From Enterobacter phage phiEap-3, in the sequence record KT321315.1: a stretch of DNA of 64,000 nt, one strand, 5' to 3'. How positions within the stretch are numbered: position 1 is the stretch's first letter; each line of letters starts with the position of its first letter. The notes beneath the pieces were generated by a model. The model was not told where the DNA came from. It saw nothing but the letters and a program-made list of their open reading frames with translations, and made no database searches. The position numbers and the translations under genes are program-made. Positions 30,709-40,856 of this stretch are shown piece after piece.

Positions 30709-32700
30709 ATGGCTTTAATCTCTCCAGGCATTGAAACTAAAGAAACATCGGTACAATCTACCGTTGTTCGAAATTCAACTGGTCGTGCTGCTATTGTTGG
30801 TAAATTTTCATGGGGGCCAGCTTACCAGATCCGTCAGATTTCTAACGAAGTCGAACTGGTAAATTATTTTGGCTCCCCAGACAATGACACCGCTGATTAT
30901 TTCATGAACGCTGTAAACTTTTTACAGTTCGGTCAGGATCTGCGTGTTGTTCGTGTCGTCGATAAAGAAGCCGCAAAAAACGCAACCGCGATCTATAATC
31001 AGATCAAAACCACGATCACCGCTGCTGGTTCTAACTATGCAGTAGACGATCAGATCAAAGTTAAACACAATAACGTTGTTATTGAAGAAGATGGTGCTGT
31101 TACAAGCGTTGATGATCAGGGTAAAATCCTGTCTGTGTTCATTCCGAGCACTAAGATCATCGAACACGCTAAACAGGTTGGTGTATATCCGGATCTATCT
31201 AGTGGCTGGACTACAGAAATCATTTCCAGTTCTTCTGGTGTTTCTGCTACGATTACAATCGACGGCGTAGAAGTTGATTCGGGTATTACTCTGCTCAACC
31301 TTGACACCGCAAAAGAAACTATTCAGGCAACTGATTTCCAGGAACTTTGCACCAAATATCAGCTACCGTCTGTTATTGCAATTTATCCGGGCGAAATGGG
31401 TAGCACCGTAACGGTTGAAATTCTGTCTAAAGCTGCATACGATTCTTCGGCTGTCATTAAGTCTTATCCTTCTGGTAAGTCTGGTAAAAACAGCGGTCGC
31501 AGTTCGATGAACTTTGGCCCTCAGAATGATAACCAATACGCGTTTATCGTTCGCCGTGGTGGTATTATCCAAGAAACGTTTATCGTGTCAACCGCTAAAG
31601 GTGATAAAGATATCTACGGTTCAACGATCTACATGGATGATTTCTTTGCAAACGGTGGTTCTCAGTATCTGTATGGTACGTCCCTAAACTGGCCTGTCGG
31701 ATTCTCCGGCGTTCTGGAACTGGGCGGCGGTACTTCTGCAAACGCCACTGTAGGCGCTGATGAACTCATGGCTGGTTGGGATATGTTCGCAGATCGTGAA
31801 TCTCTGCATGTTCCTCTGCTGATTGCGGGTGCTTGTGCTGGCGAAACTGCCGAAATTTCGTCTACTGTACAGAAACACGCTGTGTCTATCGGTGAAACCC
31901 GTTCAGATTGCGTTGTATTCGTTTCTCCGCCGCGTTCTGCTCTGGTTAATATCCCACTGGCTCAGGCCGTTGATAACCTCGTAGAATGGCGTACAGGCTA
32001 CAAAATCGGTAATACTACCCCAGTTGATAACAACATGAACGTAAGTTCAAGTTATGCGTTCATCGACGGTAACTATAAGTTCCAGTATGATAAATACAAC
32101 GATGTTAACCGTTGGATCCCGCTCGCGGGTGATATGGCTGGCCTCTGTGTTTATACCGATCAGGTATCGCAACCGTGGATGTCTCCGGCTGGCTACAACC
32201 GTGGTCAACTGCGTAACTGCATCAAACTGGCTATCGAACCGACTAACGCACATCGCGATTCTATGTACCAGGTACAGATTAACGCGGTTACTGGTTTCTC
32301 TGGTGGTGCTGGATACATTCTGTACGGTGATAAAACCGCAACGACTGTTCCAAGCCCGTTTGACCGTATCAACGTTCGTCGCTTGTTCAACATGATCAAG
32401 AAAGACATCGGCGATAACGCGAAATATAAACTGTTCGAGAATAACGATGATTTCACTCGTTCTTCCTTCCGTATGGATGCAGGACAGTATATGTCTAACG
32501 TTCGCGCTCTGGGCGGTGTATACGATTACCGTGTGGTTTGTGACACCACGAACAACACGCCGGATGTTATTGATCGCAATGAGTTTATTGCATCAATCTA
32601 CGTCAAACCAGCACGTTCTATCAACTACATCACACTGAACTTCGTAGCAACCTCAACTGGTGCGGATTTCGATGAGTTGATTGGATCAACGTCAGTATAA
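30709..32700 (+). CDS. 18: gp18 tail sheath protein
   Basis: MALISPGIETKETSVQSTVV... matches the T4 gp18 N-terminus. The C-terminus ...INYITLNFVATSTGADFDEL is also conserved. Confidence 0.95.
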   Translation: MALISPGIETKETSVQSTVVRNSTGRAAIVGKFSWGPAYQIRQISNEVELVNYFGSPDNDTADYFMNAVNFLQFGQDLRVVRVVDKEAAKNATAIYNQIKTTITAAGSNYAVDDQIKVKHNNVVIEEDGAVTSVDDQGKILSVFIPSTKIIEHAKQVGVYPDLSSGWTTEIISSSSGVSATITIDGVEVDSGITLLNLDTAKETIQATDFQELCTKYQLPSVIAIYPGEMGSTVTVEILSKAAYDSSAVIKSYPSGKSGKNSGRSSMNFGPQNDNQYAFIVRRGGIIQETFIVSTAKGDKDIYGSTIYMDDFFANGGSQYLYGTSLNWPVGFSGVLELGGGTSANATVGADELMAGWDMFADRESLHVPLLIAGACAGETAEISSTVQKHAVSIGETRSDCVVFVSPPRSALVNIPLAQAVDNLVEWRTGYKIGNTTPVDNNMNVSSSYAFIDGNYKFQYDKYNDVNRWIPLAGDMAGLCVYTDQVSQPWMSPAGYNRGQLRNCIKLAIEPTNAHRDSMYQVQINAVTGFSGGAGYILYGDKTATTVPSPFDRINVRRLFNMIKKDIGDNAKYKLFENNDDFTRSSFRMDAGQYMSNVRALGGVYDYRVVCDTTNNTPDVIDRNEFIASIYVKPARSINYITLNFVATSTGADFDELIGSTSV

Positions 32701-32723
32701 CATGTAAGGGGCTGAAAAGCCCC

Positions 32724-32731
32724 TATAAATA
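32724..32731 (+). promoter_or_regulatory. T4-type late promoter TATAAATA (gene 19)
   Basis: Exact octamer between the gp18 terminator and the gp19 start. Confidence 0.6.
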
Positions 32732-32748
32732 CACATAGAGGTTAGAAA

Positions 32749-33234
32749 ATGCTTACTGATATTGTACGCGCCTTTGAATCCGGTGATTTCGCACGTCCGA
32801 ACCTGTTCGAAGTAGAGATCCCGTACCTGGGCAAAAACTTTAAATTAAAATGTAAAGCCGCTACTATGCCAGCGTCTACCGTTGAAAAAGTTCCGGTAGG
32901 TTACATGAACCGCAAAATTAACGTTGCTGGTGACCGTACCTATGATGACTGGACAATCACGGTATATAACGACGATGCACACACAACCCGTGATGCAATC
33001 GTAGCATGGTCAAACATGCTGCATGGTATGGGTGAAGACATTACAGGGGATATCCCTGCAAACTACAAAAAAACCGCTACGGTTAAACAGAAAAACCGTA
33101 ACGACGAAGTAACCGCCGAACATACCATTTATGGCCTGTTCCCGACCAACGTTGGTGAGGTTACTTTAGACTGGGATAGCAACAACGAAGTGAGCACTTT
33201 TGAGTGTACTTTCGCGCTAGACTGGTGGGTTTAA
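32749..33234 (+). CDS. 19: gp19 tail tube protein
   Basis: 161 aa (T4 163), syntenic; late promoter upstream. Confidence 0.95.
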   Translation: MLTDIVRAFESGDFARPNLFEVEIPYLGKNFKLKCKAATMPASTVEKVPVGYMNRKINVAGDRTYDDWTITVYNDDAHTTRDAIVAWSNMLHGMGEDITGDIPANYKKTATVKQKNRNDEVTAEHTIYGLFPTNVGEVTLDWDSNNEVSTFECTFALDWWV

Positions 33235-33238
33235 ACGC

Positions 33239-33246
33239 TATAAATA
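33239..33246 (+). promoter_or_regulatory. T4-type late promoter TATAAATA (gene 20)
   Basis: Exact octamer. Followed by the hairpin caggggtagcaatacccct before the portal RBS. Confidence 0.55.
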
Positions 33247-33289
33247 CAGGGGTAGCAATACCCCTTATCATTATTTTTCGGAGTTGTAA

Positions 33290-34864
33290 ATGAACTTTTT
33301 TGGATTAGACAATGTGTTAGGGTTTTTCAAAAATTTCGCCAAACAGGATGAAATGGAATTTGAAGCCCAATTAAAAGATGATACAGGTTCGATTGCGCCT
33401 CCGAAAAATAACGATGGGGCGCACGAAATCGAAACGGACTTATCAAACCAGCGTTATTCTTCTGTGTTCCAACAGTTCTATTCCGGACAGGATCCGCGAA
33501 TTCAGAACAAAACACAGCTAATAAATACATACCGTGGGATCATGACATATCCGGAAGTGGAAAACGCTGTTTCTGAAATCATTAACGAAGCAATTGTTAA
33601 TGAACAAGGAAAAGATATTGTTACGATGGATCTTACTAAAACGAATTTTAGTAAAAATATCCAAGATAAGATCATGGAAGAACTCGATACCGTAATGAAT
33701 ATTCACGATTTCGATAACCGAGGCTCTCGTTTATTCCGTGATTGGTATGTTGATTCGCGTATCTATTTCCATAAAATCATGCACAAAAATGAAGCTGACG
33801 GCATCAAAGAATTACGCCAGTTAGATCCCCGTTGCATGGAACTGATCCGAGAATCGGTTACAGAAACCCTACCCGGTGGGGTTAAAATTTTCCGTGGCTA
33901 TCGTGAATACTTCGTATACACCGCACCGAAAAACGGTTATAGCTACAACGGACAGATTTATAGTCACAATGACAAGGTAAAAATTCCTCGCTCTGCGATT
34001 GTTTACGCTCATAGCGGCCTTGAGGATTGCGACAACAACATTATAGGCTACCTGCACCGCGCGGTCAAGCCAGCTAACCAGTTGCGTTTGCTGGAAGATG
34101 CTATGGTGATTTACCGTATTACCCGTGCGCCTGAACGTCGTGTGTTCTATATCGACGTAGGTCAGATGGGTGGCCCTAAAGCTACACAGTACGTAAATAA
34201 CATTGCACAGGGCTTAAAAAACCGTGTTGTATATGACGCGAGCACTGGTAAAGTTAAGAATCAGCAAAATAACCTGTCAATGACAGAGGATTATTGGCTG
34301 ATGCGTCGTGATGGTAAAGCAGTTACCGAAGTTTCAACGCTTCCTGGTGGCACTGCCTTCTCTGATATCGACGATGTTAAATGGTTTAACCGTAAGCTGT
34401 ATGAAGCGTTACGTATTCCGTTAAGCCGTATGCCTCGCGATGATGGCGGTATCCAGTTGGGTAACGATGGCGGTATTACCCGCGACGAATTGAACTTTAG
34501 CAAATTTATTCGCGAATTGCAAATTCAATTCAACCCTGTTCTTGCGGATCCGTTAAAAACTAACTTGATCGCGAAGAAAATCATTACAGAAGATGAATGG
34601 GATGAAAACGTAAGTAAGATTGCTTTTGTATATCAGCAAGATTCTTACTATTCCGAAATCAAAGATATTGAGATTTTGGAACGCCGTTTAAACCTGATGG
34701 GCCAACTTGAAGGGGTGGTCGGCAAATATATCTCCCATAAATACGTAATGAAAGAAGTTCTCCGGATGTCTGATGAGGAAATTCAAAGCGAAGCCAAACA
34801 GATAGAAGAAGAATCAAAAGAAGAACGTTTTAAAAATCCAGAAGCGGAAGAGGAAAACTTTTGA
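33290..34864 (+). CDS. 20: gp20 portal vertex protein
   Basis: 524 aa (same as T4), syntenic. Confidence 0.95.
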   Translation: MNFFGLDNVLGFFKNFAKQDEMEFEAQLKDDTGSIAPPKNNDGAHEIETDLSNQRYSSVFQQFYSGQDPRIQNKTQLINTYRGIMTYPEVENAVSEIINEAIVNEQGKDIVTMDLTKTNFSKNIQDKIMEELDTVMNIHDFDNRGSRLFRDWYVDSRIYFHKIMHKNEADGIKELRQLDPRCMELIRESVTETLPGGVKIFRGYREYFVYTAPKNGYSYNGQIYSHNDKVKIPRSAIVYAHSGLEDCDNNIIGYLHRAVKPANQLRLLEDAMVIYRITRAPERRVFYIDVGQMGGPKATQYVNNIAQGLKNRVVYDASTGKVKNQQNNLSMTEDYWLMRRDGKAVTEVSTLPGGTAFSDIDDVKWFNRKLYEALRIPLSRMPRDDGGIQLGNDGGITRDELNFSKFIRELQIQFNPVLADPLKTNLIAKKIITEDEWDENVSKIAFVYQQDSYYSEIKDIEILERRLNLMGQLEGVVGKYISHKYVMKEVLRMSDEEIQSEAKQIEEESKEERFKNPEAEEENF

Positions 34865-35106
34865 TGAAAGAATTTATCGAAGCAATCAAAAGCGGTAATC
34901 TGGTGGAAGCTAAAAAAACTTTTTACTCCATCATGGAAGACCGCACAGAAGCGCTTCGTCACGAATTACGCGTTGAACTTGCCGAAGCTGTACGCATCGA
35001 AGGCGAAGAAGACAAAGAAAAAGACGACGAAGGCGCTGATAAAGATGACGAAAAGGGCGATAAAAAGCCAGCCGAGGATGATAAATCCGATAAAGATGAT
35101 GAGTGA
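34861..35106 (+). CDS. 67: gp67 prohead core protein
   Basis: 81 aa with a very acidic C-terminus; syntenic after portal. Confidence 0.8.
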   Translation: MMKEFIEAIKSGNLVEAKKTFYSIMEDRTEALRHELRVELAEAVRIEGEEDKEKDDEGADKDDEKGDKKPAEDDKSDKDDE

Positions 35107-35115
35107 GGTGTGTAA

Positions 35116-35520
35116 ATGCAACTTGACATCGAAATCACCGCCGAAGATCTCCAGGAACATTTAGACGAAGCGAAAGCCCGTGTAGATATTCTGGGTATCG
35201 ATGAAGGCACGGTTAAAATCATCGAAAATTTGGCGGTCACCGAACCAAATTTAGCCCTTGCTATGATGGCGGTTGTTGAAGGTTTAACACTTGATGAGGT
35301 AATTGTCAAGCATGTTGATTCCCGTGGCAACGTAGAACGCCTCAAAGACAGGAAAACCCGTGAGCGTAATGCGTATCAGACGACCGGATTAACTAAATCC
35401 CAACGTCGCCAGATCGCGCGTCGTGCTCTCAAAACAAAACGTGCTAACCCGTCAATTGCTACTCGCGCACAACGTAAGCGCAAGAAAGCATTGCGTAAAC
35501 GTGCTGCACTGGGGCTATAA
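35116..35520 (+). CDS. 68: gp68 prohead core protein
   Basis: 134 aa, basic C-terminus, syntenic. Confidence 0.75.
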   Translation: MQLDIEITAEDLQEHLDEAKARVDILGIDEGTVKIIENLAVTEPNLALAMMAVVEGLTLDEVIVKHVDSRGNVERLKDRKTRERNAYQTTGLTKSQRRQIARRALKTKRANPSIATRAQRKRKKALRKRAALGL

Positions 35521-35522
35521 AT

Positions 35523-36170
35523 ATGAATGAATCCCAAATCAACGAAAACGGCGATATGCTTTTAATCGAAGAATGGGGTTTACCTTGCGGTGACGTTTCA
35601 GAATCTATTTTAGAATCTGTTGGGGAATCAAAAGACGGTAAATTACGGATCGAAGGTATTTTCCTTCAAGCCGAAAAGGTTAACCGTAACCGTCGTTTGT
35701 ATCCTAAAAACGTACTTGAAGAAGCAGTTAACGATTATATTAGAACTCAAGTTAACACCCGTCAAGCATTAGGTGAAATGAATCACCCTCCGCGCCCGAA
35801 TGTGGATCCGCGAAATGCTTGCATCCTGATTGAAAAATTGTGGTGGAAGGGTAACGATGTTTGGGGCCGCGCTGTTGTTGTTGAAGGCGACGGTGGTGAT
35901 GGTGACAAACTGGCGGCGTTGATTCGTGCTGGTTGGGTTCCTGGTGTTTCTTCCCGTGGATTAGGTAAGCTCTCCGATTCCGGCAAAGGCTACGGCGTTG
36001 TACAAAAGGGCTTTAAATTAGCTGTAGGCGTTGATGTCGTCTGGGGGCCAAGCGCACCTGATGCATATGTTAAGCCTATAGTGGAAAATCAGCAAAGCAA
36101 ACCGCTTGTTGAGAATAATAGTGCTGATGACGCTTTTCGGGAATTGTCCGAGCGTTTGAAAGGTCTATAA
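35523..36170 (+). CDS. 21: gp21 prohead core protease
   Basis: 215 aa (T4 212), syntenic between 68 and 22. Confidence 0.9.
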   Translation: MNESQINENGDMLLIEEWGLPCGDVSESILESVGESKDGKLRIEGIFLQAEKVNRNRRLYPKNVLEEAVNDYIRTQVNTRQALGEMNHPPRPNVDPRNACILIEKLWWKGNDVWGRAVVVEGDGGDGDKLAALIRAGWVPGVSSRGLGKLSDSGKGYGVVQKGFKLAVGVDVVWGPSAPDAYVKPIVENQQSKPLVENNSADDAFRELSERLKGL

Positions 36171-36173
36171 ATA
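36166..36173 (+). promoter_or_regulatory. T4-type late promoter TATAAATA (gene 22)
   Basis: Exact octamer overlapping the gp21 stop, 30 nt before the gp22 ATG. Confidence 0.55.
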
Positions 36174-36202
36174 CATTAAACAAAACAACAGGAAAATCAA
36201 AA

Positions 36203-36991
36203 ATGCTTAAAGAACAACTGCTGGCGGAAGCCCAGAACCTGGATACTCCGGTCGAGTTAGACAGCATTTTCGAATCAGTTGAACTTTCTGATGACGTGAA
36301 AGCGACATTCACCACTGTATTCGAACAAGCTGTAAAAGCTGGCGCTGCAAAACTCGCTGAATCCCACATTACCCAGATCGCGGAACGTTCCGATGAACTG
36401 GTCGAAGCTCAGGTAACTGAACGTGCCGCTGAAATCGAAACTAAGCTGTACGAAGATGCTGATAAATATTTTGCGCACATTTCCGAAGAATGGCTGAAAG
36501 AAAACAAAGAAGCCGTTTCCCGTGACATCAAAGCCGATCTGTTTGAATCCCTGATCATGGGCCTCAAAGAAGTTCTGGTTGAACATAACGTTGTCATTCC
36601 GGAAGAACAGGTTGATGTAGTCGCCGAACTGGAAGACGAACTGACTGAGAATCAGCAGGAAGTTAAAACCCTGTTTGAAGCGAATCAGGAACTGACCAAA
36701 GAAATTTCAGAAATGAAACGCAATGCAGTAGTTTCAGAGAAAACTAAAGGTTTGACCGAATCTCAGGTCGAAAAAGTAGAATCTCTGATTGAAGGGCTGG
36801 AATATTCCGCAACCTTCGAAAATAAACTCAGCGCAATTGTTGAAATGGTAGCAACCAAAGCTGAAAAACCCGTTGACGAGTCTGTAAATACTCCGCAAAC
36901 GAAAGATGACTTTGTTCCGGTAGTTGAAAGTGTTCCGGCAGAGAAATCCAAGATCAATAAATATGTACAAGCGGCAAAAGCCCTTTCTTAA
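36203..36991 (+). CDS. 22: gp22 prohead core scaffold protein
   Basis: 262 aa, extremely Glu-rich helical protein, syntenic. Confidence 0.85.
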   Translation: MLKEQLLAEAQNLDTPVELDSIFESVELSDDVKATFTTVFEQAVKAGAAKLAESHITQIAERSDELVEAQVTERAAEIETKLYEDADKYFAHISEEWLKENKEAVSRDIKADLFESLIMGLKEVLVEHNVVIPEEQVDVVAELEDELTENQQEVKTLFEANQELTKEISEMKRNAVVSEKTKGLTESQVEKVESLIEGLEYSATFENKLSAIVEMVATKAEKPVDESVNTPQTKDDFVPVVESVPAEKSKINKYVQAAKALS

Positions 36992-37010
36992 TTTCAAAAG
37001 GTAAGAAACA

Positions 37011-38579
37011 ATGTCTAAGAAAAACGAATTGATGGAAAAATGGAACGATCTTCTGGAGTCTCAGGAAGGCTTACCGGATATCGCTACCAAATCCAAAAAA
37101 CAACTGATTGCTGCCATTATGGAAGCACAGGAAAAAGACGCAGAAGTTGATCCGGTTTACCGCGACGAGAAAATCGTTGAATCCTTCGGTGGTTTCCTGG
37201 CGGAAGCTGAAATTGCTGGTGACCACGGTTACGACGCAACCAAAATCGCTTCTGGTAACTCAAGCGGTGCTATTACCAACATCGGCCCTGCTGTAATCGG
37301 TATGGTTCGCCGTGCGATTCCTAACCTGATCGCGTTCGATATCTGCGGTGTTCAGCCTATGACTGGCCCTACTGGTCAGGTGTTCGCTCTCCGCGCAGTG
37401 TACGGCAAAGATCCGCTGGCTTCCGGTGCTAAAGAAGCATTCCATCCGATGTTCTCTCCGGATAGCATGTACTCCGGTCAGGGCGCGGCTCCGAGCAACG
37501 GCTTTACCGAACTGGCTTCCGGTACTGCGATCGCTGACGGCGCTATCGTGTTCCACGATTTCGTTGAAACTGGTCGTGTGTTCCTCCAGAACGTTTCTGG
37601 CGCTCCGGTTACTGTAACTGGTTCTACCGACGATGCTCTGGATGCTGCTGTTATCGCCGAACAGGAAAAAGGTACTCTGGCTGAAATTTCTTACGGTATG
37701 GCTACCAGTGTAGCAGAACTGCAAGAACAGTTCAACGGTTCTACTGGCAACCCGTGGAACGAAATGGGCTTCCGTATCGATAAGCAGGTTATCGAAGCAC
37801 GTAGCCGCCAACTGAAAGCACAGTACTCTGTAGAACTGGCTCAGGATCTCCGCGCTGTTCACGGTATGGACGCTGACGCCGAACTGTCTGCTATTCTGGC
37901 AACCGAAATCATGCTGGAAATCAACCGCGAAATCGTTGACATGATCAACTATACCGCACAGGTTGGTAAAACTGGTTTCACTCAGACCGTTGGCTCTAAA
38001 GCTGGTGCGTTTGACTTCCAGGATCCGATTGATGTTCGTGGCGCTCGTTGGGCTGGTGAAAGCTACAAAGCTCTGCTGATTCAGATCGACAAAGAAGCAA
38101 ACGAAATCGCACGTCAAACTGGTCGTGGTGCTGGTAACTTCATCATCGCTTCCCGTAACGTGGTTTCCGCTCTGGCTCGTATCGATAGCGGTATCACTCC
38201 GGCAGGTCAAGGTCTCCAGAAGACTCTGAACGTTGACACCACTAAAGCAGTATTCGCTGGTGTTCTGGGTGGCGTGTATAAAGTATACATCGACCAGTAT
38301 GCACGTGGTGATTACTTCACCGTGGGTTACAAAGGCGATAACGAAATGGATGCTGGTATCTACTACGCTCCGTATGTTGCGCTGACCCCGCTGCGTGGTT
38401 CTGATCCGAAGAACTTCCAGCCAGTAATGGGCTTCAAAACTCGTTACGGTGTAGGTATCAACCCGTTTGCGAACTCTCGCTCTCAGGCTCCGTCCGACCG
38501 TATCACTTCTGGTATGATTACCAAAGAAATGTTCGGTAAAAACGCATACTTCCGTAAAGTATACGTTAAAGGGCTGTAA
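37011..38579 (+). CDS. 23: gp23 major capsid protein
   Basis: 522 aa (T4 521). Highly conserved blocks and codon usage typical of a highly expressed gene. Terminator downstream. Confidence 0.97.
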   Translation: MSKKNELMEKWNDLLESQEGLPDIATKSKKQLIAAIMEAQEKDAEVDPVYRDEKIVESFGGFLAEAEIAGDHGYDATKIASGNSSGAITNIGPAVIGMVRRAIPNLIAFDICGVQPMTGPTGQVFALRAVYGKDPLASGAKEAFHPMFSPDSMYSGQGAAPSNGFTELASGTAIADGAIVFHDFVETGRVFLQNVSGAPVTVTGSTDDALDAAVIAEQEKGTLAEISYGMATSVAELQEQFNGSTGNPWNEMGFRIDKQVIEARSRQLKAQYSVELAQDLRAVHGMDADAELSAILATEIMLEINREIVDMINYTAQVGKTGFTQTVGSKAGAFDFQDPIDVRGARWAGESYKALLIQIDKEANEIARQTGRGAGNFIIASRNVVSALARIDSGITPAGQGLQKTLNVDTTKAVFAGVLGGVYKVYIDQYARGDYFTVGYKGDNEMDAGIYYAPYVALTPLRGSDPKNFQPVMGFKTRYGVGINPFANSRSQAPSDRITSGMITKEMFGKNAYFRKVYVKGL

Positions 38580-38595
38580 TAGCCAACTTTTCCAA

Positions 38596-38622
38596 GAGGG
38601 AACCGCAAGGTTCCCTTTTTTA
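38596..38622 (+). terminator. intrinsic terminator after gene 23
   Basis: gggaaccgcaaggttccc followed by TTTTTTATT. Confidence 0.7.
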
Positions 38623-38666
38623 TTACATAAATAAAGAAAAGTTTGTCAATAACGCAGGAACATAAA

Positions 38667-39956
38667 ATGAGTGAAAAATTTTACACAATTAACAAGCTGG
38701 TGCGTCAGTCACAGCTACCGCCTGGCCTGTCTAAAAAGGTTCTTGATGAGGCAACCGGAACAGAAACAATTAACGTAGCTAATACCCGTCCGGATCTGGT
38801 ATCTCTTACCCGTGCGGTAAACAACCTGATCTACGGTGAACTTGTAGCGATTCAGGAAACTAATTTGCCTACCGCAACCCTGTTCGGTGTGCGTTATCGT
38901 AACCCTAAAGGCGATATGACGTTTTCCAGCGCTGCTACCTATTCCGGTAAGTATGCAAGCCGTGATAACATTCAAGTTGGTGCGGTTGGTACTGCCTACA
39001 CCAAAGGCCAAGTTTTCAAACACCCGACAAGCGATGTCGTATACGAAGCAACTGATAGCGTAACTCTCGCAGGTGCTGATATTGATGAAGCGATTATGGT
39101 CGCAGTATTCAGCAATAAATTACGCCTGGCAAGCGAAGCCGCGCCAACAAGTCAGTATGAAACCAGCGAAGATATTAGCACAACTTCTTTCGAAATGGAT
39201 CGTTGGAATATCAACGTTCGTTCCCGTAAATTCAAAACTGAAATGACCGTGGAACTTATGCAGGATCTGGAAGCAAACCAATTCAACGCAGAAAATGTGA
39301 TTGAAGATGTTCTGGGTACTGTTGCCAGCGAAGAAGTAAACAAAGATATCATCCAGACTCTGATCAACGTATCAAATCGTTACAACGTTGATGGTGTGGT
39401 CACAAATGGCATTTTCGATGCTACAACCGCATACACTGCAAAGGATGCTCCGGCTTTAGGTCGTTTCCTGTATCAATTAGTGTGTGAAATGGGGCAGGAA
39501 ATGAATAGAACGACTTCATTTGAAGCTACCTATGTCCTGGCCTCTTCTCGCGTTGTAGGCGTTCTGGCTGCGTCTGGTTGGATGCATGAAACTGATGAAA
39601 CCCACCCGTTAGCAACAGGTCGACTTAAAAACGGTTATTATGTCTATACTGACACCAATACACCGTTTGATTACCTGCTGACTGGTTGCAAGTACGATCT
39701 GGGTGAAATGGATCATGTTGGCTCTCTGTTCTATACGCCATACACAGAAGCTGATCAGGCAGGTTCGATCAAGATTTCTGTTGATCCTCAATCCTTACAA
39801 CCTAAAGTTGCTATTCTGATGCGCTACGGTTTATCGGTTAACCCGTATACCACTGCTGCTAATGAAAGACTTGTGAAAGGTGATGACTGGGTAAACCTCT
39901 CAGGCAAATCTAAAATGAGTCAGATTGTTGGTATCAAACTTCCTAAACTGGGTTGA
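38667..39956 (+). CDS. 24: gp24 capsid vertex protein
   Basis: gp23 paralog with T4 gp24 blocks (PDLVSLTRAVNNLIYGELVAIQETN..., ...SLQPKVAILMRYGLSVNPYT...). Start chosen at MSEKF (AGGAA RBS). Confidence 0.9.
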   Translation: MSEKFYTINKLVRQSQLPPGLSKKVLDEATGTETINVANTRPDLVSLTRAVNNLIYGELVAIQETNLPTATLFGVRYRNPKGDMTFSSAATYSGKYASRDNIQVGAVGTAYTKGQVFKHPTSDVVYEATDSVTLAGADIDEAIMVAVFSNKLRLASEAAPTSQYETSEDISTTSFEMDRWNINVRSRKFKTEMTVELMQDLEANQFNAENVIEDVLGTVASEEVNKDIIQTLINVSNRYNVDGVVTNGIFDATTAYTAKDAPALGRFLYQLVCEMGQEMNRTTSFEATYVLASSRVVGVLAASGWMHETDETHPLATGRLKNGYYVYTDTNTPFDYLLTGCKYDLGEMDHVGSLFYTPYTEADQAGSIKISVDPQSLQPKVAILMRYGLSVNPYTTAANERLVKGDDWVNLSGKSKMSQIVGIKLPKLG

Positions 39957-39989
39957 TAGTATAACCCAACGGGGATAATATTCAATAGG

Positions 39990-40258
39990 TGGAGTAGGGA
40001 AACTTACTCCATCTTTTAATAATTATTATAATTAATATTAAATTAGATCTTGAATTTATAAATGATTTATGATAAAATTTATTAATTATAATTATTATAG
40101 ATCAAATAATTTTTGAAATCAAGTAAAAATAAATTTGATTTTATTAATTAGATCATGTATAATTATTCTTTTAATAATATATTATATTAGATCAAATAAA
40201 ATTTGACTACAAATTAATATAGTATATTATAGATCAACTGGGTAAATTGGTGAGTATG
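39990..40258. repeat. AT-rich GATC-dense intergenic element upstream of uvsY (5 TAGATC motifs)
   Basis: Direct count. Contains TTGACT-16-TATTAT (40210-40237) directed at uvsY. Confidence 0.7.
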
Positions 40259-40260
40259 TT

Positions 40261-40680
40261 ATGAGTTTGAAATTAGAAGATCTGCAAAATGAACTTGAGA
40301 AGGATATGCTGATAGATCCCCTCAAGTTGCAATCAGAATCAGCGGATATCCCGAAGATTTGGGCTAAATGGCTTCGATACCATTCAAACGCTAAGAAAAA
40401 ATTGATCCAACTTCATGCGAAAAAAGAAGCTGATGTGAAGGATCGTATGCTGTACTACACCGGAAGGCATGACAAAGAAATGTGCGAAGTGGTGTATACT
40501 GGGACTACTGAAATCAAAATCGCGATCGCTGGGGATCCGAAGATTGTAGAAACCAACAAGCTGATCCAGTATTATGACATGGTGGTAGATTTCACCAGCA
40601 AAGCACTGGATATCGTCAAAAACAAAGGATACTCTATCAAAAACATGTTAGAGATCCGTAAATTAGAAAGTGGTGCATAA
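40261..40680 (+). CDS. uvsY: UvsY recombination mediator
   Basis: MSLKLEDLQNELEKDMLIDPLKLQ... matches T4 UvsY (MRLEDLQEELKKDVFIDSTKLQ...). 139 aa. Confidence 0.9.
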   Translation: MSLKLEDLQNELEKDMLIDPLKLQSESADIPKIWAKWLRYHSNAKKKLIQLHAKKEADVKDRMLYYTGRHDKEMCEVVYTGTTEIKIAIAGDPKIVETNKLIQYYDMVVDFTSKALDIVKNKGYSIKNMLEIRKLESGA

Positions 40681-40856
40681 TGTCTACTGAAAATGAAAAA
40701 TGTGTAGTGTGCAAGTGTCCGGTTCCTTCTACTGGTTTTGTGACTGAATCCGGGCGCGTGTGTAGTACTATCTGTGCTGACTACATCGCAGAAAAAACAA
40801 AAAACGGCGAGATCAACGAATCCGATGATCTGAATGAAGTTCAAATGTTGCTGTAG
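40680..40856 (+). CDS. small Cys-rich protein (uvsY.-1-like position), 58 aa
   Basis: ATG overlaps the uvsY stop (TAATG). Sequence MSTENEKCVVCKCPV...CSTIC. Not in the ORF track because it is under 60 aa. Confidence 0.45.
   Translation: MSTENEKCVVCKCPVPSTGFVTESGRVCSTICADYIAEKTKNGEINESDDLNEVQMLL

Noticed and set aside
35516-35523. Late promoter TATAAATA for gene 21
   Set aside because: The octamer overlaps the gp21 start codon, so transcripts would initiate downstream of the ATG. It is probably fortuitous or serves gene 22, and is not listed as a feature.
37260-38210. 316-aa ORF on the minus strand
   Set aside because: Lies entirely antisense within the major capsid gene 23, with no RBS. It is a shadow ORF caused by codon bias. 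The same applies to 6921-7418, 9628-9909, 18486-18914, 58084-58551, 58678-59151 and similar.
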